Of a stretch of 64,000 nt of DNA, positions 59,975 through 64,000 are shown in pieces. The stretch's first letter is position 1. Each line of letters opens with the position of its first letter. Source of the DNA: Vicugna vicugna (taxonomy: Eukaryota); the NCBI GenBank assembly GCA_013265495.1, contig MU059000.1:2088118-2152117 (forward strand), read 5' to 3'. Below the pieces are notes generated by a model. That model did not search any database and was not told where the DNA came from. It saw only the letters and a list, made by a program, of their open reading frames with translations. Made by a program: the position numbers and the translations under genes.

Positions 59975-60140
59975 TCAGAACTTATCAAACTTTCACGTGT
60001 ACAAAAATTATCTGGGATCTTGTTAGAATGCAAATTCTTACTCAGACGGTAAGGGATGAGGACTGAGATAGATTCTGCGTTGCTAACAAGCTCCCCAGAA
60101 ATGCCAATGCTGCTGGTTCATGGAATTTCAACGAGTTTGT
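59975..60140. mobile_element. MER5-like hAT MITE
   Basis: GGATCTTGTTAGAATGCAAATTCT...TCTGCGTTGCTAACAAGCTCCCCAGAAATGCCAATGCTGCTGGTTCATGG. Confidence 0.8.
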
Positions 60141-60968
60141 CAAGCCTGGATGTTTAAACAGAATTAGAAAGTTGTAATGATTTGAAAAGACCTTTTTGGA
60201 CGTTAATAAGTCAGATTTGCTTCCCCCCTTTTCTCCAAGGGGCTCTCTTTTAGTTGAATTGGTGGTGTTGATTACTAATTGCAGAAAAACGATTGTCCTA
60301 AGTGAATCTCCTTCAATGCTCACCCCTAATTTTGTAACTACGCATCTAAGAACCTGCCCACTTTCTCCTCTGCCGACTGCCTTACTGTGAAAACAGCTCT
60401 AAGGGCAGCGTTTCCACGGTCCATTCTGTCTCCCAGCAGCTGGCATGGGCTACATCACGGCAGGTGCCCAGCCTGTTGGTCCAGGCAGATGAGTGGACAC
60501 ACACTGACTCCCCTCTGGCTGCAGCAGGTGCGGGGAGCCCAGCCCAAGTGTGTGCCCTGAGATTCTGCTGCGCAAGGAGAGGTGTGTGTCACCAGGGCCC
60601 GTCTTCCCTGAAGCCGTGCGTATCATTTCTTCAGAAGAACAGCAAGTGCTGGTGCCTCTCGGACCCTGCGCTGCCCAGCGCTTGCCGACGACCTAATACC
60701 TTCTGTCTCACCCCAGCCCCATGCCACCCCGGCTCTTCCACTTTGCCGCAGAAGCTGCTGCGGCTTTGAGCTTTAATGTCCACCCGGGGCAATACTGGCC
60801 TCCTGGTGAGCAGCCCACTCAGGACACAAACCCAGGACCGCCTCATTCAGACTCTCCCGCTTTAAACCGCTTTGCCACCACATTTAATGCTAGCTCGGGA
60901 GTGCACAGCGTCTGGGGTGTCTCTTTCCTAAACAGTCTGCAGCTGCTTTCAAATGTGTATGTTAAGAA

Positions 60969-61102
60969 GGGGGAAGGTACGGCTCAGGGGCAGAGCACGT
61001 GCCTAACAGGCACAAGGTCCGGGGTTCCATCCCCAGGACCTCCATTAAATTTTTTTAAAATAGTATTTAAAAAACCTAATTACCTTCCACACCACCAAAA
61101 AA
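60969..61102 (+). mobile_element. vic-1-like SINE with degenerate 17-bp TSD
   Basis: Head GGGGGAAGGTACGGCTCAGGGGCAGAGC; AAACCTAATTACCTTCC. TSD 60949-60965 and 61103-61119 (14/17 identical). Confidence 0.88.
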
Positions 61103-61641
61103 TCAAATGCTTGTGTTAATGTATAGTCTCAGAAAGTAAGAGTTTCTCCCTTCTATACTCTTAAGATGCGAGGAGGCCCCCTGAGTGTCAGTTTTGGAGA
61201 CTCGGGCAAGTCACATAAGCACAGAGCACTTCTGAGAGTTACGTGAGAATCAGTGTAAAAGCCGTCGCTGCTGCTTTGGGGTTGGATTCCTCCCCCTCCC
61301 TCTTTGTCACCAACTACAACCAAGGCAGAACTTGGGTTTGCCACGCCCAGACTCAGGGTCCAATTCCTTTAAAATTCAGGGTGGACCAGAGTGTCGGGAG
61401 CGGGCCACCCACAGCACTTACACCCCGCGACTTAATTACCCCTGCACTTGGTGCTCTGCTCCTTCCCATCCGTCTGTGTAAGGCGATCACTGCCTTTCTG
61501 GCTGCAGCAGCTCCTGGGTCTGGGCTGTGCCTGCTGCGTGAGCCCCTCAGGCTGGCTGAATGCATAAATTCACGACCCATCAGGGATCCTGATTAAGCCG
61601 GACCAGGGTCAGACCCGGAAACCCTGGGAAGTGTTCGCATG

Positions 61642-61660
61642 TGGTCACCAGGTGGCAGTC
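61642..61660 (+). promoter_or_regulatory. Candidate CTCF-binding site
   Basis: TGGTCACCAGGTGGCAGTC closely matches the CTCF core CCACCAGGTGGCAG (13/14). Motif evidence only. Confidence 0.5.
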
Positions 61661-62773
61661 TTGCCTCATTTCTGACGGCTAAGTTGGTTTTGTTTACAGT
61701 TTGTTTGTGGCATTGAAAGTCCACTTTCCCTCCTTAGAGCAGAAAGGAGAATCGTCCGGAGGCTGCAGGGTTGGAAAGCACGTTAGAGGTCACCACTCAT
61801 CACTTCTGTGGGTCCCTCCCTCGTCTGCCAAAGCAGAGGGCCAACGCTTCACCTGGGGCGCTACTGCCCACAGCAGCCCACGCAGCCAGACACGGCCGCC
61901 CTGCGTCTGGACGCCCTGCCCTCTGGCACATGCTAGGCTGGGCCACCCTGCTGGCATCTGACAACTCCCCCATTGCAGAGCTGCCCCATGTTCCAAAGAA
62001 CAAAGCAACGTTAAGAAAGGAGAATAAACCCAGGAAATTCCGAGGTGCTCAAAGGTCTTTGCTAATGCCTGTCAACCCGAGAGCCTCTGGTCTTGGACAC
62101 ACACAGGCCACATACAGTGACAACCCAGGGTGTCTTGCGTTTATCCTTAGATCTCCAAGTGGCGTGAACTCTTCCTAAGCTCCAGCTGCCCCGGCCCCGG
62201 ATGCTCCTCATCACCCTTGGGAATGACCAGCAGCCCAGGGCGCCAGGCAGCATTGAACTGGAGCCTCCCTGCCACGCAGCCATGGAGGGACGGGCTGTGT
62301 GGAACGTGCCTGTTTCAGCTGAGAATGATGTGCACGACTGTGGTGTCAAGCCCAGGAAACAGCTGCGGGTGACTAAGCCCCAGCTCCCTGAACAGGGGCT
62401 CCCTGAGCAGGGCGCGACCCCAGACAGCTGTTTCCTGTTTTCAGTCTTCCTTTATCGGTCCATCCTGGTTTCCTCTCACCTGAAGGCCGCTGAAGACAGC
62501 CAAGGGAAGACAGCCTGGTGTTCGCCCGTCTCCTCTTCCACCTTCTACTGCTGCTCTGGGGACCCGTCCAAGGGCCTCAAGTACATCCTGAGACGGGAGG
62601 GCCTGCCATGTCGCGACCTTCATGTGACTGCTGCCTCGCCCGGATCCCGAGAACCATGTGCTGATGTCATAGGAAAGAACACATCTGCCCCCGTGGGCGA
62701 TCTGTCCCTTTGGCTCTCGCCCTGGGCTGTTTCCAGGGCTCAGTCGTGCTGCTTCTGCACCTTTTGTAAACGA

Positions 62774-63181
62774 TGTTGCCTGTAGCCTGAAATGCCCAGG
62801 ACGGCCCCTTCTCAAGGCTCTGACCCTTAAGGGTGTAACACTTTGCCATTTGTACAGAGATAAGAAGTTGCAGGATAGAAAATAACATTTGTCTTGATGG
62901 AGGTTTACAGGGACACCGTGACCTGGCCCACGTGGACAGCTGCAAGAACAAAAGATTCCAACACCAAGATGTCTGCAAAAGCCAACCACACCCCCTCCCC
63001 TTTCTAGTATAAAAGGAGCCTGAATTCGGATTTGGGGAAGACGGTTGTCCAGGACATCGGCCTGCCACCTGCCAGGTCTGCTGGCTCTCCAAATAAAGTC
63101 ACTGTCCCTTGCCCCAACACCTCGTCTCCCGACTTACTGGCCTGTCACGCGGCGAGTGGCACAAGTTTGGACTCCGTAACA
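62774..63181 (+). mobile_element. Solo ERV1-class LTR (408 bp)
   Basis: TGTTGC...GTAACA ends; TATAAAA at 63008-63014; AATAAA at 63092-63097; U5-like end GCGGCGAGTGGCACAAGTTTGGACTCCGTAACA. Confidence 0.85.
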
Positions 63182-64000
63182 CTGAAGATACCGGTCCCTC
63201 CAAAACACAGCTGTGAACTGAATCACAAAAAGAGGGCGTCCAGCAGCACGTGGGCGGGGCGGCAGCCCCCCTGGAGCGATGCCCTTGCTGGCACAGAAAG
63301 CGGGCTGGCATGTCTGTCTGCAACTCCAGGCCCGACACAGAACAGGAGGTGTTTAAACACAAGGAAGTTCATTTCTATGCAAATAGGTGGAGGTCAGCGT
63401 TTTCCTCGGCCCCAGGCAACAGCTCCATCATCACTGTATTAGAGCCCAGAGGAACTTCAGGCGCCACTCAACACGACTCCTGCATTACACAAAGGTTGTG
63501 ACTGCATCTTACAGGTAAAAAAACAAAGTGACTAGCTACAGGCTCCTCATTCAGTGGTTTAAGGGTGCAGCTGCCCCTCAAGGAAGGTGCCTCTGAAAAG
63601 AGATTAAATGCAATGAGGAAGGTCGTTGCCTTTATCCACAGTCTACACCTTTTTGATTAAAAAAAAAGACCCCAGACAGACTCAACAGTGGTTTAATTTC
63701 CTCTGGAAGGAGGTGGGGGCTGACAACAGGCAGAGAATGTGGACTTTAACTTTTTAGACTCAGCATTACATAATTTCAAAAACAATGAAAGGCAGTTTTT
63801 TGGGACTCTCACCAGCAGTGATTTTTAAAAAAGAACATGTACTCTACTCCTGACCCAGTGAGTCGCTGTCATCGTCAATAAACAGTTTCTCTGCACCTTG
63901 TGTTTTTCTGCGCAATCTGTCACCCCCTCTTCTGTGCATGCTATTCAGACATGGCGTTTCAGAGACCTAACAGGAAGTGTAAGGCGGCTTTACCGCCAGA

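Noticed and set aside
1-64000. A novel multi-gene biological system
   Set aside because: No intact coding genes, operon-like structure or unexplained long periodic array were found. Nearly all structure is explained by known mammalian repeat classes, CpG islands and one retro-pseudogene.

Overview
This is mammalian, non-coding, repeat-rich genomic DNA, most likely from a camelid (alpaca, llama or camel). That inference rests on about 8 copies of a tRNA-Ala-derived SINE matching the camelid vic-1 family and many cetartiodactyl-type L1 3' ends. I found no intact protein-coding exon. Long ORFs in the track come from GC-rich CpG islands, a 24-bp VNTR or L1 ORF2 remnants. Identifiable content: a CpG-island promoter at about 0.6-1.5 kb whose core is N-masked (probable minus-strand TSS near 1267, gene not identified), further CpG islands or patches (7.2, 13.2, 16.7-17.6, 20.4, 33.1, 36.2-37.0 and 48.1 kb), a processed RPS15A pseudogene (14722-15162), old and young L1s, MIR/L2, hAT MITEs, an MLT1 LTR and three solo-LTR-like elements. 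The eight N blocks behave like masks, not assembly gaps. I found no convincing new biological system. The best leads are: (1) a plus-strand chain of strong splice sites suggesting an unannotated spliced lncRNA; (2) a candidate exon built from L1 antisense sequence plus the VNTR; (3) strong AT-to-GC drift of old repeats in the right half; (4) several small retrotransposition or repair signatures. All family names are assigned from memory of consensus sequences and need RepeatMasker/BLAST confirmation.
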